The notes under the pieces are model-generated. The model was not told where the DNA came from, made no database searches, and saw only the letters and a list, made by a program, of their open reading frames with translations. A program made the position numbers and the translations under genes. From the NCBI RefSeq assembly GCF_006345805.1, contig NC_043003.1, positions 25,358,001 to 25,422,000 on the forward strand: 64,000 bases of DNA, read 5' to 3'. This DNA comes from Octopus sinensis. Taxonomy: Eukaryota. Each line of letters starts with the position of its first letter. Position 1 is the first letter of the stretch. Below, piece by piece: positions 1 to 13,535 of this stretch.

Positions 1-159
1 ATACACACATAATATACATATATTAAGAAAAAAGAGGTAGTCAGAATTTTGGATAATTATTTATTAGTGCTTTCATATTCGTTTACATGATTCATCAGAT
101 GTGATTTTTTACAGAAAAGCCATGACTTTTTATATAAATCTGGAAGAGAATGTTCTTTT

Positions 160-660
160 ATCTATGTGTGTGTATGCATGTGTACAAGCATGTGTGTGTA
201 GTGAAGTTTTGGGAGGTTTGGTGAGAGGGAGGAAAAAGAAAAGAAAAATAGAGAAAACAGAAAGGACAGGAGAGAAAAGAAAGCAAAGAGAGACAAACAA
301 ACAAAAAGGGGGAGCGAAAGAGAGAGAGAAAGGGGTCTTTTTTTCTGAGATGTCTTTTATTGTATTTTCATGGTCAGTCATTTCACAGCTGTTTGAAGTT
401 AATGACATTTCAAGATGTCAATTTTTGCTTTAGTTCTTGTTTTAAAGGCATCTCTCTCTTTCACTGTGCATGCATATGCATGTGTGTGGCAAATTTTTTT
501 TGAGGTTTGGTTAGAAGGAGAGAAAAAGGGGGGAAAGAAAAACTAAAAGAAAGAATGAGTGAGAAAGGGGCTCCTGGGATGGTTTAAATTGTATTGTATT
601 CATATGGTCAGCTTGAAGTTAATGACAATTCAAGATGTCAGTTTTGAAAGTATCTCTCTC
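160..660. repeat. Diverged tandem duplication of about 250 bp with microsatellites
   Basis: gaggtttggt..gagaaaggg..ttgta..ttcatggtcag..ttgaagttaatgaca.ttcaagatgtca.tttt occurs twice. Confidence 0.6.
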
Positions 661-1758
661 TATACACACACACAATATATAATGCAATATATATATATAC
701 ACATCCATTCATCCTTCCACATACACGACTACATTATACATATATATACACATACACACCTGTATGTATGTATGCAAAGTGTTTTGAATGTTAGTTGAGG
801 ATTGAAAAAGTGATTCATAATAACAAGTATGGATGCAGTTACAATTATATGAAGGAAATCCAAATGGTCCAAACTAGATTTAAAATATAAACATATACTC
901 TCTCCAATGTTGATTAATCTTACACAAAAATGATTCATTTGGTGAAGGTCAAAAGTGAGTATTCAAGTACTTGCATTTGATTATTTCACACAAACCATCT
1001 GTAACTTCAACCACATTTTCTGCAAAAATTAGCCAGGTACGGTACTTGTATGAGTTAACTATGTAAAATAACATCCATAACTTGTTCAATTTCAGCAAGT
1101 GTCCACATATCCTTGCTATAAATATTGACCAATTTTGGGGGAATCCAGTAACCTGAGTTTTTTTAAAAGTTTAATTTAGGTCAGAATTTTTTGATAAAAT
1201 GAAGTTCCCATTGTCTTCCGGTACTTTGAATTATTCCTTGAGCATTTGTAGAGGGAAATGATCTTGAATTTGCTGTCTCCACATATTTCCAGATGTTTAC
1301 TTAGTAAACACAGCAATCTTACTTGGCACACTGCCTTATGAAAGTCACTGCACACACAACCATGTGCTACCATCTATGTATGTATGTATTGGGAAGACCC
1401 ATCAAGAAAGTGAAATTGTAGTCGTGGCCAATACCAGTGTCGCATATCTGGCACCTATGCTTGTGGCATGTAAAAAGCACCCTTCAAACTTTGGGCCTCA
1501 CAGAGGCAGTGACAAGTGACAGACTTTTTGCAATATACCATGCTTAAGACCTGTCAAGTCAAGTGATATCGTAGTCGTGGCCAATATTAGTGTTTTGTAA
1601 CTGGCATGTAAAAAGCACTCACTACACTCTTGGAAGGGTATCCGACAGTAGAAACTATGCCAAATCAGATTGAAACCTGGTATAGCCCTCCAGCTTACCA
1701 GTTTTCAGTGAAACTGCTCGACCCATGCCAGCATGGAAAACAGATGTTAAATGTTTCT

Positions 1759-1990
1759 TATTTCTTTATTACCCACAAGGAGCTAAACAGAGAGGGGACA
1801 AACAAGGAAAGACAAAAGGATTAAGTCGATTACATCAACCCCTGTGCATAACTGGTACTTAATTTATCGACACTGAAAGGATGAAAGGTAAAGTCGACCT
1901 CGGCAGGATTTGAACTCAGAATGTAAAGACAGACAAAATACTGCTAAGCATTTTGCCTTGCGTGCTAACGTTTCTGCCAGCTCGCCACCT
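1759..1990 (-). mobile_element. SINE family 1 copy
   Basis: Reverse complement of 13536-13745 including head and tail. Confidence 0.85.
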
Positions 1991-2702
1991 TTTCAGTTTC
2001 TGCCCACCAAATCTACAAGGCTTTAGTCAAGACTGGAACTATAGTAGAAAACACTTAGCCAGAGTGCCATGTAATGGCACCTTAAGTGTCCTCTACTATG
2101 TATACAAATGCATGTGTGTGAGTAACTCATCAACCAAATTACAGAATGCTGTTGATTTTCATCTTGCTGACATTCACAGCTTGAGTTTACATGTAACATT
2201 TATCTTTCTGCATATATTATTTCTGTGTTATTCTCTTGATATCAAAATTGAAACCACATGTATTAGTATTTATAATGCTTGATATAGCTTGTTACAGCTG
2301 CATAGCTCTATTGATCAGTAGAGAATCTAAATAAAGCCATTGTTAAATGTTATTCAGCAGTTTTGATTATTTTAGACTGATTCTACAATTCTCTAAAAGT
2401 GGAATAATTTTAACAAAACATTCTTTAGAAATTACTTGATAGATTTTATTAAACAAACAAAAAAGTTTTAATGTCACAAGAATAAATCGTACTAATAACT
2501 TGGTTCCAAAAATTTAAAAAGGATTCTTCACCAAACTTCTGAATCCACATGAAATTAGCAGATAGTATTTGATAAGATCATAGAGGCTCATAATTGACAC
2601 AGTGGGACCCCAGTCCCCACTACTACTTTGTTCTCCCAGTGTGGTGTTTGTAGGCTTGTCAGTTTTTACACTAACTCCTGATCTACCTCTTTATTTGTTA
2701 AG

Positions 2703-2923
2703 CCCTTTAGCATTCAGATCACTCTGTCAAATGTAATGCTTATTTATTCACATTGCTTTAAATTAATCTTGCATAATCTCGTAGCTTTGAGATTTTGAAT
2801 ATGTGATTGTTTATTGCTAGAATGACATTGTAGAGTAGGTGTGAGAAGCTGACTCCAGCTTATGTTTGAACATAAAGCATATAGAATATTTGAGCCAGAT
2901 ATGGCTGATTAAATGCTAAAGGG
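2703..2923. mobile_element. piggyBac-like MITE (CCCTTTAGCATT...AATGCTAAAGGG); other copies at about 4005-4220, 55920-56070 and 62615-62815
   Basis: 12-bp TIR starting CCC with TTAA-like flanks. The internal sequence recurs at the listed positions. Confidence 0.65.
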
Positions 2924-3167
2924 TTAGACTTTCAGTAAAAGTATTTGATGGTTAAATCTCATCAGAACACTGCTTCTAATCTTGAGCTCTCATATGATTA
3001 TTTCCTCATGAAACCTTCAGGTGGGCCAGCAGCTGAGCACCTCAAATAGAACAAGTGAGAATTTGGCAAAGCTCTAAGTACAACTTTAAAAAAATCACCC
3101 AACAACTTAGTTTTGAATTGAATTGTTATACAGTGCTACAATTCCTTGTAGTAGTTCTTCAACAGTG

Positions 3168-3358
3168 GATTCAAATTTTGGCACAAGGCCAGCAATTTCA
3201 GAGGAGGGGGTAAGTCGATTACATCAACCCCAGTGCTCAACTGGTATTTATTTTACCAACCTCAGAGGAATTTGAACTCAGAACATAAAGATGCAAAAAA
3301 AAAATGCTGCTAAGCATTTCACCCAGCATGCTAATCATTATACCAGATCATCGCCTTA
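3168..3358 (-). mobile_element. SINE family 1 copy (further partial copies at about 8160-8310, 19140-19200, 19320-19450, 19600-19710 and 32060-32340)
   Basis: ttttggcacaaggccagc...gtcgattacatc.acccc...caactggta.ttattt...atttgaactcagaac. Confidence 0.8.
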
Positions 3359-5320
3359 GCAGTTCTTCATATTACCCTTCATTGAGATCAGCACCATAAT
3401 TTTCACATTATCTCAGCATTGGTAACAAGCTGTAAAGTTTCAACCATTGTATTTTGCAAATGAGAATAATTTTGATTATTCACTACTATACTTGTGCCGG
3501 TGACACGTAAAAGCACCAACTGATCGTGGCCATTTGCCAGCCTCCTCTGACCCTGTGCTAAAAAGCACCCACTACACTCATGGAATGGTGGGCGTTAGGA
3601 AGGGCATCCAGCTGTAGAAACACTGCCAGATCAGACTGGAGCCTGGTGCAGCCTCCTGGCTTCCCAGACCCCGGTCGAACCGTCCAACCCATGATAGCAT
3701 GGAAAACGGACGTTAAACGATGATGATGATGATATTTCAGAGATAAAGGTGCACAAGTTGTATGTACATAATTAATAAACTTTACCACAAAGTATATATC
3801 CTTAGATTTTAGCTGACACTGCATCTATATACAAATTAAAATGATTAAATACATGAGACAGTTATAAACACCTGTCATGTTTATACAGCCTCATCATAAG
3901 CAGAAAAAAAAGAAGGATTGATTGGACAATCATTTCAAGTGACTTTACACTGTCTCATCAGCAACCATATACTCTACATTAATTACCATTGTGAAACTGT
4001 ATTTAACCTTTTAGCATTCAGATTATGCTATCAAATGTAATGCTTATTTACACACATTGTTTTGAATTAATCATACATTATCTTATAGTTATGGAATTTT
4101 GATGACATAACTGTTGATTATTTTACAATATTATAGGGTTGGTGTGAGAAACCACATCTGGCCTGTTTGAAAGTGAAATATTTGGGGCAGATATGGCTGG
4201 GTTTAAATGATAAAGAGTCAAAGCCATTCTTGTTAGGTTTATAGCTAAATCAGGTACACTGATTTTCAACTGTTAGATCTCTTTATGCAAGTATGTTAAA
4301 TTACTAATGGTGCTTAAAAGATGAAGAAAAGTGGTAATTATGGGTCACACTGTCTGAGGTTGGGTGAAGGGACATTGTCAGAGTAGGTGGTCTTGTTTTG
4401 GAGTGGGTGGAAGGATGTATGGACGGATGGATAGACACAGATAATGTTTGGTGGTGAAATGGAGAACATTAGTGTTGGAAGCATTTTGCTTTGCTAAATG
4501 CAGATGTGGAGGTAAACAAGAACATACTGCTTACAGAATTATAATGATCAGGCAATCTTGGGTAAGAAGATTCTGCAAACTCAGCAGTGAGATTTTTAGT
4601 AAGGTGCCAAAAGGATTGGCAGCAATTTGGAAGGTACGTTTCAAGGCAGTATAGTATGGTGAACAACAATATTTTTTCAAATAAGGATGATGGTCTTGCA
4701 TGCATAATGTTAATAGATAAAAGCCAACTGACTGAGACAAGCAGGTGATTTCTCTACATATCATAGGCAATGTTCTTTACATTGTGACACTTTTGGGTGA
4801 TACAAGCTTTGGTTATGTGAGGGTAGTGCTTTGTTGTCTGAAATGCCAGAACACCAAAAAAAAAAAAAGAAGTGGATGCTCTAACTGCTTAGCCAACTTG
4901 AAGTGCTATAGTTTTAGAAAAGTGGTAACAGTTGGATAGTATGAGGATATCAAGTGGGTAGTCATGATGAAAGTGTTCAAATAATCTAAGTGCAGAAACT
5001 TCAGAATATATTTATGATAGAACTATTTGTAAAAAAACATTTAGCCACAGATCTCATAGATATGGTTTGCTTCTTGTCTGTGATTATGTAAAATATTTTG
5101 ATTTATAAAATGATTTGTCATAGATATATAAATGTTTTTTCTCCTGTTTCATTATGTTCATATATCTATAAATAACTTCTGTGAGATAATCTATTACGTT
5201 ATAAACAATGATGATATTTCTTGGCTGAGTATTATTATGGTAAGGTAAATGATTACTTTGTCAGTAGAAGTTCCTGTGAATTGATAATATATCACTTTGG
5301 AAGATGACTTATTGCAAATA

Positions 5321-6556
5321 TCAGTAACTAGTTTCATCTCCTGTATGAATAAGCTTGTGTTTGGTTACCTGAAATTTATAAGAGAATGATTTACCACAGA
5401 TATCACAGCTATGAGGCTTCTCTCCTGTATGAATACGTTTGTGTCTAGTCACATGATTTCTTTCAGAAAAGAATTTACCACAGATATCACAGCTATATGG
5501 CCTCTCTCCTGTATGAGTGTGTTGGTGTGTAGTTAAATGACCACTTTGAGAAAAAGATTTATTACATATAGTACACTGATATGGTTTCTCTCCTGTATGA
5601 ATACGAACATGTTTAGTTAAATGACTACTCTCGGAGAATGACTTGCCACATATATCACACTTATATGGCTTCTCTCCTGTATGAATACGTATGTGTGCAA
5701 TCAAAATATATCTCTGGGCAAATGATTCATTACAGATGTTACAGTGGTATGGCTTTTCTCCTCCATGAACAAATTTGTGTGAAGTCAAGTTACTTTTCCG
5801 AGAAAATGATTTATCACACATGTCACAGGAATATGGCTTCTCTCCAGTATGAACCCGTTTGTGTTTAGTTACTTGGTGTGTGTCAGTGAAGGATTTACCA
5901 CAAATGTCACAGCGGTATGGCTTCTCTCCTGTATGTACGTAATGGTGTGTAGTTAAGTGACATTTCTGAGAAAAAGATTTATCACAGATATCACAGTGAT
6001 ATGGTTTCTCTCCTGTATGAATACGTTTGTGCTGGATTGTTTGGCTTTTATCAGTGAACGCTTTATCACAGATATCACACTGATATGGTTTCTTACCTGT
6101 ATGAGTATATTTATGTCTATTTAAACTACCTCTTTGAGAGTATGTTTTCCCGCAGACATCACAATGAAACCGATTTTTCGCTACATGAATAAACTTATGT
6201 GCTGTTAAAACACTTTTTTGAGAGAATGATTTACTACAAATATCACAGGTATATGGTTTTTCACCAGTGTGAATCCGTTTGTGCGTAATTAAATCACATC
6301 TCTGAGAGAAAGATTTACTGCAGGCAAAGCAACTATATGGCTTTTCTTCTGAATGAATATATTTGTGTCGGGTTACCTGGCCCGTGTCAGAGAACGTTTT
6401 ACCACAGATTTCACAAGCATATGGCTTCTCTCCTGTATGAATATAATTGTGTGTAGTTAAGTGACTTTTGCGAGAGAATGATTTTCCACAGATTTCACAA
6501 AGATACGGTTTCTCTTTTGTGGGAACAAGAATTTGTTGAGATATCAAACTGCTCAT
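5321..6556 (-). CDS. C2H2 zinc-finger protein (ZNF-1), 14 tandem fingers, 411 aa, no recognisable effector domain
   Basis: Open ORF with 14 CxxC-x12-HxxxH repeats, most joined by TGEKPY-type linkers. A candidate splice acceptor (ttatttatttcag on the minus strand, exon start about 7367) suggests a non-coding 5' part of the same exon. Confidence 0.93.
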   Translation of the reverse strand: MSSLISQQILVPTKEKPYLCEICGKSFSRKSHLTTHNYIHTGEKPYACEICGKTFSDTGQVTRHKYIHSEEKPYSCFACSKSFSQRCDLITHKRIHTGEKPYTCDICSKSFSQKSVLTAHKFIHVAKNRFHCDVCGKTYSQRGSLNRHKYTHTGKKPYQCDICDKAFTDKSQTIQHKRIHTGEKPYHCDICDKSFSQKCHLTTHHYVHTGEKPYRCDICGKSFTDTHQVTKHKRVHTGEKPYSCDMCDKSFSRKSNLTSHKFVHGGEKPYHCNICNESFAQRYILIAHIRIHTGEKPYKCDICGKSFSESSHLTKHVRIHTGEKPYQCTICNKSFSQSGHLTTHQHTHTGERPYSCDICGKFFSERNHVTRHKRIHTGEKPHSCDICGKSFSYKFQVTKHKLIHTGDETSY

Positions 6557-7477
6557 AGTGAATCTTCAACTACAACTGTAGTATTGATCTTTCAGCAAAT
6601 AATTGTTGCCTCAGTAATATGATGTTTTTACAAAAGTGATATGATGTTCTTACAATTGTCTTCAGCCTCTAATTACAAAACTTAATATTTTATAACTTAT
6701 TCATTTTCAGTTTGAAATTTATATAATTCCTTCATCAAAAGTTTCAATAGCTATATCAAAACAAAAATATTTTTCTTTTTTTCTTTACTCTTTCCACAAT
6801 TAATATTTCTTCAAATATATATTTCTAAGACCAGTTATTTTTGTCAAATTCCGAAAAGGTTATAGAATGCTACCATAATTGTTCCAAGACAATTAATTAG
6901 GATAGAATTCTTTTGTAATAAAATGCCAGAAAGTAAAGAAATCGCTAAAATATTTTACTTGCTAGCATAGATCCAAATATGAAAAGTCACTTAAATATTC
7001 TTAGTTTAATCTCTGTACAAAATTATCCAGTACATATGTTGAGGTAGCTATGAAAAATGATTAAATTCAATCAAGATATATTCCACAATATTTGTCAAGG
7101 GAAGGTAAATCTTGGCAGAAAAAAAATTATCATTTCTTTTCAATGGAGGATGATTGTGGAAAATGAAGGTTTAATACAAATGTGTGTGAAATTTAGAAGC
7201 AAAATCTTATAAAACTGTCTTGAAGAAGTGAGAAAAGGCTAAGATGGCTGGTTATATATTAACAAACCTATGTTCTCTTCATGAAGTTTTCCCCTTTCAT
7301 TTTCAAAAATTGAATGTCTTAATGCATCAGAAGAGAAAATTTTTTTCTGTCCATGGCCCCTGAAACCCTGAAATAAATAAACAATATAATATATACTACA
7401 TAATTTAATAATGGGATACAAAAAATCTCTTCTAAAAATTTAGGCTATTAAATATTGTCAACAAGTACAGGCAGAAG

Positions 7478-8110
7478 CTTGCTTCCCAACCACATGGTTT
7501 TGGGTTCAGTCCCACTGCACTGCACTTTGGACAAGTGTCTTCTGATATAGCCTCAGGCCGACCAAAGCCTTGTGAGTGGATTTGATAGACAGAAACTGAA
7601 AGAAGCCCATTGTATATATATATATATAGGTGCCGGTGGCATGTAAAAAGCACTATCTGAATGTGGCCAATGCCAGTGTACCTAACTGGCTCCTGTACCA
7701 GTGGCATGTAAAAAGCACCCACTACACTCTCGGAGTGGTTGGCATTAGGAAGGGCATCCAGCTGTAGAAACATTGCCAGATCAGATTGGAGCCTGGTGCA
7801 GCAGCTGGCTCTCCAGACCTCAGTCAAACCATCTAACCCATGCCAGCATGGAAAACGGACGTTAAATGTTGATGATGTATATATATTTATGTGTATGTGT
7901 CTTTGCATCTGTTTGTCTCACCACCATTGCTTGATAACTGATGATGGTGTGTTTACGCCCCTATAACTTAGTGGTTTGGCAAAAGAGACCAATAGAATAA
8001 GTACTAGGCTTGCAAAAAATAAGTCCTTGGGTCGATTTCTTTGACTAGAAAACCCTTTAAGGTGGTACTCCAGCATGGCTGCAGTCAAATGACTGAAACA
8101 AGTAAAAGAA
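7478..8110 (+). mobile_element. tRNA-derived SINE family 2 (CORE-like) with a nested RTE-tail repeat (about 7626-7878)
   Basis: GGTTCAGTCCCACTGC...CCTTGGGCAAGTGTCTTC-type body, microsatellite, and 3' half AGAATAAGTACTAGGCTT...ATGACTGAAACAAGTAAAAGA, split by the nested insertion. Confidence 0.8.
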
Positions 8111-8891
8111 TAAAAGAATGCTTGGTTAATTTGGTAGAAATTACATACAGGGAAGAATAATGTTTTCAAACTTTGGTACAAGGCCAACAAGTTCAGAGTA
8201 GAGGGTAAGTTGATTGCATCGACCCCAATACCCATCTGGTACTTATTTTATTGACCCCCAAAAGGATGAAGGGCAAAGTCGACCCCAGCAGCATTTGAAC
8301 CCAGAACATAAATCGTAATCTACAAGCTCTGAAAGGAATTTGTAGAAAATTTCATTAAAAAAAATTGCCCGTTTTTCTCAAAGTTACGAGGAAACCATGT
8401 CAACTCATGTGAAATTTCCCCGGGGAAAAATTCACCACAAATTCCCATAATCGGAATCTACACCATTTGAAGTGTATTTGTAGAAAATTAATTAAAAATT
8501 TAGGTAAAATTCTGAAAATTTACCAAAATTTATCCATTTTCCCAGAAGTTATGAAGCAACAAATTCGGTGGGGCACATTTGTGTAGGTATGCCGACCAGC
8601 TTGTTAACTTATAAATTCTTCTCAGCTGGATGTGAAAAAGTAGGTTAGAGTTTTGACATACAAAAATGCTCACAGTACAGAAAGTGTATGATCGTTCAAA
8701 CACAACGGGGGAAATAAATAAATTTCGCGGTTACTAAACAGATACCAGCCAGACCGGGAAATAAAACTGGGCCCATTACACTCAAAGAACAGCGAGTTCT
8801 TATGATTAGGAACTTAAAAACGTTGAACTTAGCAAAAAGAATTATGCTGGGAGGGAAGGCACAATGAGTTAAGATTATTTACTTTGAGAAC

Positions 8892-9245
8892 AAAAATATT
8901 TGGTTAATGTTTACAATATTACGCGGAAAGGAAAAAATAATAGTGCAAGGAAACAAATATGAAAACAAAGATGCACGGAAAGCAACAAGGTGGGGGTAAG
9001 GAGAGGACTTCGGAAAATTCACAAGAGCCGAGTTTTTCCCTCATAACTTTTAGGAAAGCCATTTTCCTGAAAGTTATGAGGGAAAACTCGGATCTTGTGA
9101 ATTTTCCGAAGTCTTCCCCCACCCCCGTTGCTTTCCGCGCATTTTTGTTTTCATAGTCGTTTTCTAAATATTTTTTTACGCCCGTTACACTTTTTTCATT
9201 TACTTCGTTTCCCAGTAGTATTGTAAACATTAACCAAATATTTTT
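8892..9245. repeat. Foldback element / MITE (whole-element imperfect palindrome, about 354 bp)
   Basis: 31-bp terminal IR (8892-8922 and 9215-9245, 1 mismatch) plus a near-perfect central hairpin (about 9007-9113) whose arms extend outward. Confidence 0.85.
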
Positions 9246-11125
9246 TACAAATGTGTACTACATTACAAAGACAAAATCAGCTAAATAAATTACTTTTTCT
9301 AAACACATTAAAAACCCTATAGCATATTCAGAACACTATTTCAGAAAAATTATCTTCGTTCTCTTTGAGCATATAAAAAAATAAATTTAGCTAGAGCAAA
9401 ATGAGGATACGATAAGGTAAATTTGCCTCTTCAACTGTCCACCAAAAAAAAAACAAAAAAAAACTTATGCACATCAATATCCATCCTTAGACAACAGGGA
9501 TGAGAAATGCAACAAAAATTTTAAATATCTAGGTCAAATGAAAGAGCACCGTGTTAAAATGGCACGTGATATGTAATTAAATCCCGACTACATAGAATAT
9601 TCTCTAAGCAGTGGTTCCCAACCTGGGGTCGGCAAAGATAGTACTGGGAGTCCAAGCATATTAAAAGGGGAAAAACTCATTTAAATAAAAGGGTTGGGTG
9701 CCACAGTTCTATAGCTTCGTCAAGATCCACTGAAGTAACTTGATATATTTACGCACCATGCAATTAATTATTGAAATTAGTTATTACTAATTTTTCCCCA
9801 GGAAGACTTTTTTTTTTTTTGGAAAATTACTAAATTAGACATTAGTGTGTGTGTGTGTGAAAGAGAGAAAATTGACAAAGAATCCAAGAGAGAAGAATAT
9901 TGTTAGCAACCTCAATTACAATCGGGTGAAAGTTGAGGAATTTTTTTTAAAAAGCAAAAAAGTATCTATCACCTGAATATGTTCCAAACTCTCAACTTGA
10001 ACAACAACTATCCTGGCCAATTTTTACTCCGAAAGATGATGCAACAGTACAAAATGATGCAATACTTGTAATGGAACCGTTTCAAACAGGGTGGGAGAAA
10101 ATAACGAGAAATAAAAAATTACTGAATTTGCTTCCTATACTCCAATATATTTCTTTTTAGACTTTACACGAAGGCCTTTCTTCTGCTTCAGTTTGAATAT
10201 AAATGTTTCACTGATGACAATACTTTCGTACAAGGAAACTAGGGGGGGGGGCAAAATGAGGTGTTTTTAACAGCATTTTTGGCTTTGAGACAAAATATAT
10301 TTTTTACAGATGTTCACTACCTTCCAAAAACTAAGCAAATGGCCTACCCTAAATGTATTAAAAGCATTATGGCATAATCAGTCACTATTTCAGAAAATTA
10401 TCGCCGTTGTCTTTGAGCATATAAAAGGCAAATTTGGTTGGGGCAAAATGAGTAAGACAAGATAATGCAAAATTAGCCGCTTCAGTTCTCCGGAAAACAG
10501 ACTCATACACATCAATATTCATCCTTAGATATCAGAAAGATCGGAAATGCAAAAAAAAAAAAATTTTAATATCTAGGTCAAATGAAAGAGGATCAGGGGA
10601 AAATGGTACATGATATGAAATTATCGAAACTCGAATAAAAAAAAAAAACTAACATAAAATATTCTATGGCTTCTTCACGATCTGCTGGAGTGTTCTCTCC
10701 ATGATATATTTAAACACCATGCAGTTAAAGAGATACGATTATTGAAATTAATCATTACTCATTTTACCCCATTTTTGGAACTTGAAAATTGTCAAATTAG
10801 ACATTAGAGTGGGAAAAGAATTGACTTGGAATCAAACAGAAAAGATCCAAGGATACTGATTGTTAAACTCTAAGAATTATCTATATATATTTTTTTCTTA
10901 GCAACCCCGATTACAATCGGATCAAAGTTGAGGAAACATTTCTTGAAAAATTAGGACCTGCCACCTGAAGGTTCTAGACTCCCTCAACTTCAACAACTAT
11001 GCTAACCTAAATATAATGTAACAGTACAAAATGATGATGCAATTCTTGCAATGTAATAATTTCGAAACTGGTAATGAAAAAAATAACAAGAAAACGGAGG
11101 TTACTCATTTTGCCCCGTTACAAAT
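9246..11125. repeat. Two diverged tandem copies (about 9246-10150 and 10280-11125) of a 0.9-kb unclassified DNA repeat
   Basis: Shared blocks (cactatttcagaaaattatc, tctttgagcatataaaa, aatatctaggtcaaatgaaagag, ttagcaacc.c.attacaatcgg, gtacaaaatgatg). The second copy is bracketed by GGGGCAAAATGAG (10248-10260) and CTCATTTTGCCCC (11104-11116). Confidence 0.7.
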
Positions 11126-11603
11126 TCCATCCTCCACTTCTCACTAATGCAGTCAAATATCAGCCTTACCTTCATGCATATTCCCCCGCTTTCTTTTATT
11201 TTAGCTTTCAATTAACTTCCTTTGACAACAGACAAAATTAAAACATTAGATTAGACTATAAACAACAATACTTACAAATCAATGTATTCCGAATGTGGTA
11301 AAAACAGTAAATAGCCTGCGTACTGTCAAAGGCCACGAGAACAAACTAAGCTTCCACTTACTCACAACGTCCTGATCGTGAATATCCTTATAACAACAGA
11401 ATCATAAAGGGGATATCATTAATGGCTTTTGCAGTGCCATTTACACCAGATCGCTCCATAAATGTACAGAACATCTGATTAGCCGTGCGAAGCTCTGGTG
11501 AACGTTAAGATAATAACTACAATGACCTATAAAGGGATTTAACTCGATTTTTCACTCTCAGAGAGAGAGAGAAAGACAGGTAGACAGACAGACAGATAGA
11601 GTC

Positions 11604-11889
11604 GGTACTACTTAAGAAGAGTGGTCCCGGTGCGTGCACTCGCGTATCCGCGCTAGCTAGTCGTGACTAGTCGATCCTACAACGACTCCTAGCAAAGTAA
11701 ATAAAATACAAAATAAATAATTTTTTTTGAAACAAAGTAAATAAAACATAAAAACACAAAGTGTAAATTTTTTTAAGCAAAGTAAATAAAACTAAAACAC
11801 AAAGTAAGGATCGACTAGTCACGACTAGCTAGCTCGGATGCGCGAATACGCGAGTGCGCGCACCGGGACCACTCTTCTTAAGTAGTACC
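11604..11889. mobile_element. Mutator-like (MULE) MITE, 286 bp
   Basis: TIRs 11604-11678 and 11807-11889 (GGTACTACTTAAGAAGAGTGGTCCCGGTGCG...). Perfect 9-bp TSD GATAGAGTC (11595-11603 and 11890-11898). A-rich core. Confidence 0.9.
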
Positions 11890-13535
11890 GATAGAGTCTC
11901 CTCTCTTTATAAATTAGTCTTTGAAGTGAAATAAATTCTTAGATAGCGTCACGGGAAAAGGGCAGACTTTCTGTCAGTTATCAAATGCAGTTATGTCTGT
12001 CTATTATCTTTTACTTGTTCAGTTATTGGACTGCGGCCACGCTGGAGTATCGCTGTGAAGGGTTTAAGTTGAACAAATCGACCCTGTACTTGCATTTTCA
12101 AAGTCTGGTGCTTTATTCTATCGGTCGCGTTTTGCCGAGCCTCTAATTTACAGGGAAGTTTACAAACTTCTTACCACACAGCCATACATACCTGCGTTGG
12201 AATTAGTGAAAAATTACTTCAAATAACAATAACAAACACGTAGATTATCGAGGGATAATGATGAATTGTTTTGTATTCACCTTTCTGTAGTAAATTGGCT
12301 AGTTACTTCGGGTAATTACACATACAGTCACTTCGATTGCTTGTCTGTCCAATCAACAAAGCCGAGAGGCAGTTGTTCGATTGCTAGAAATAGCAGCTAA
12401 CTCCCCACAACTGTCGATGAAACCTTAAAAGTCTTACAATAAAAGGTAAATATACGTCGGACATCAGTGTTCTAGCTAGGTATAAAGAAGATGGTGCACC
12501 TGAGCACTGTATACAATAATTTCATTATTATTATAAGAATTGTTGGTCATGAGAAGGACGTCTGCTCAATGAGAACTGAAATGCTAAAATAACTACTCGA
12601 TATCACACACAAGGTTGACCTGACGCTATTGTAAATATTTTGTGCTCGTTGTGGGATTGAACTTGGTGTGTCTTCGTTTCAAGCAAACTTTTCTCGTTGA
12701 CAAATAACGAGCTAACCACTATGTAGACGCTCGAGTTGCTGGAAATAACAACCAAAACAAAACATTCAACGGTAACGAGGAAGACATTAATCGTTTAAAT
12801 TATACATCAGTTATCGGTCCAGAATAAACTGTGAATATAAGATGGGCTGGTCATGGGTGGAACGCATTGATAACAGATCAGCGTGTTCAAATAGTCTTGG
12901 AACTTTAAATACGTAAGATAAAATATTTTGTAACGTAAACAAGAATGATCAACAGTGCTGTCCTCTATTATGATGACGTCACATGTCTACTTTTAGTTAC
13001 TAACTTTATACAAAGACAAAAAAGAATTTCTTGTTATTAAACATATAATATTTAAGTAAAGTCAAGTAAAACTGATATAAAAATATTACAAATGGTAAAA
13101 GGTAGTAAATGAAAAGAGTAAATGAGCATAAACTGTGGAAAATAATTAAATATAAGTTACATATATAATACGTATATCAGTGGCTGTAGTAGAAAGAAAT
13201 ATATTTAAATAGTCGGTTGTTGCCCAATGATAATTTTCTGTACTCCCTTGGTACAAATTCTATCAACACCGAAAGGATGAAAGCTAAAGTTGACCTCAAC
13301 GCTATTTAGAACATGTACTTGTAATATATTTGCAAAGGAGTGTTTCGGTCAGAATTTTCAACTGTGTTTGCGTACCCAGTTGCTTAATCAAAAGACAACC
13401 AGACTTATTGTATTAGCGTGTAAGTGAGCGAGTGTTCCACAGACACATGTAGTCTAAATGTAATGATTTTACAGGCAGATCAAAGTAACATTGCGTCTCA
13501 AACCAGGACCTTTTGCATAATATATAAAAATACTA

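Noticed and set aside
4270-4940. Possible ancient reverse-transcriptase relic on the minus strand (PFG..KN..AEF-like)
   Set aside because: Too decayed to assign by eye; needs a translated HMM search.
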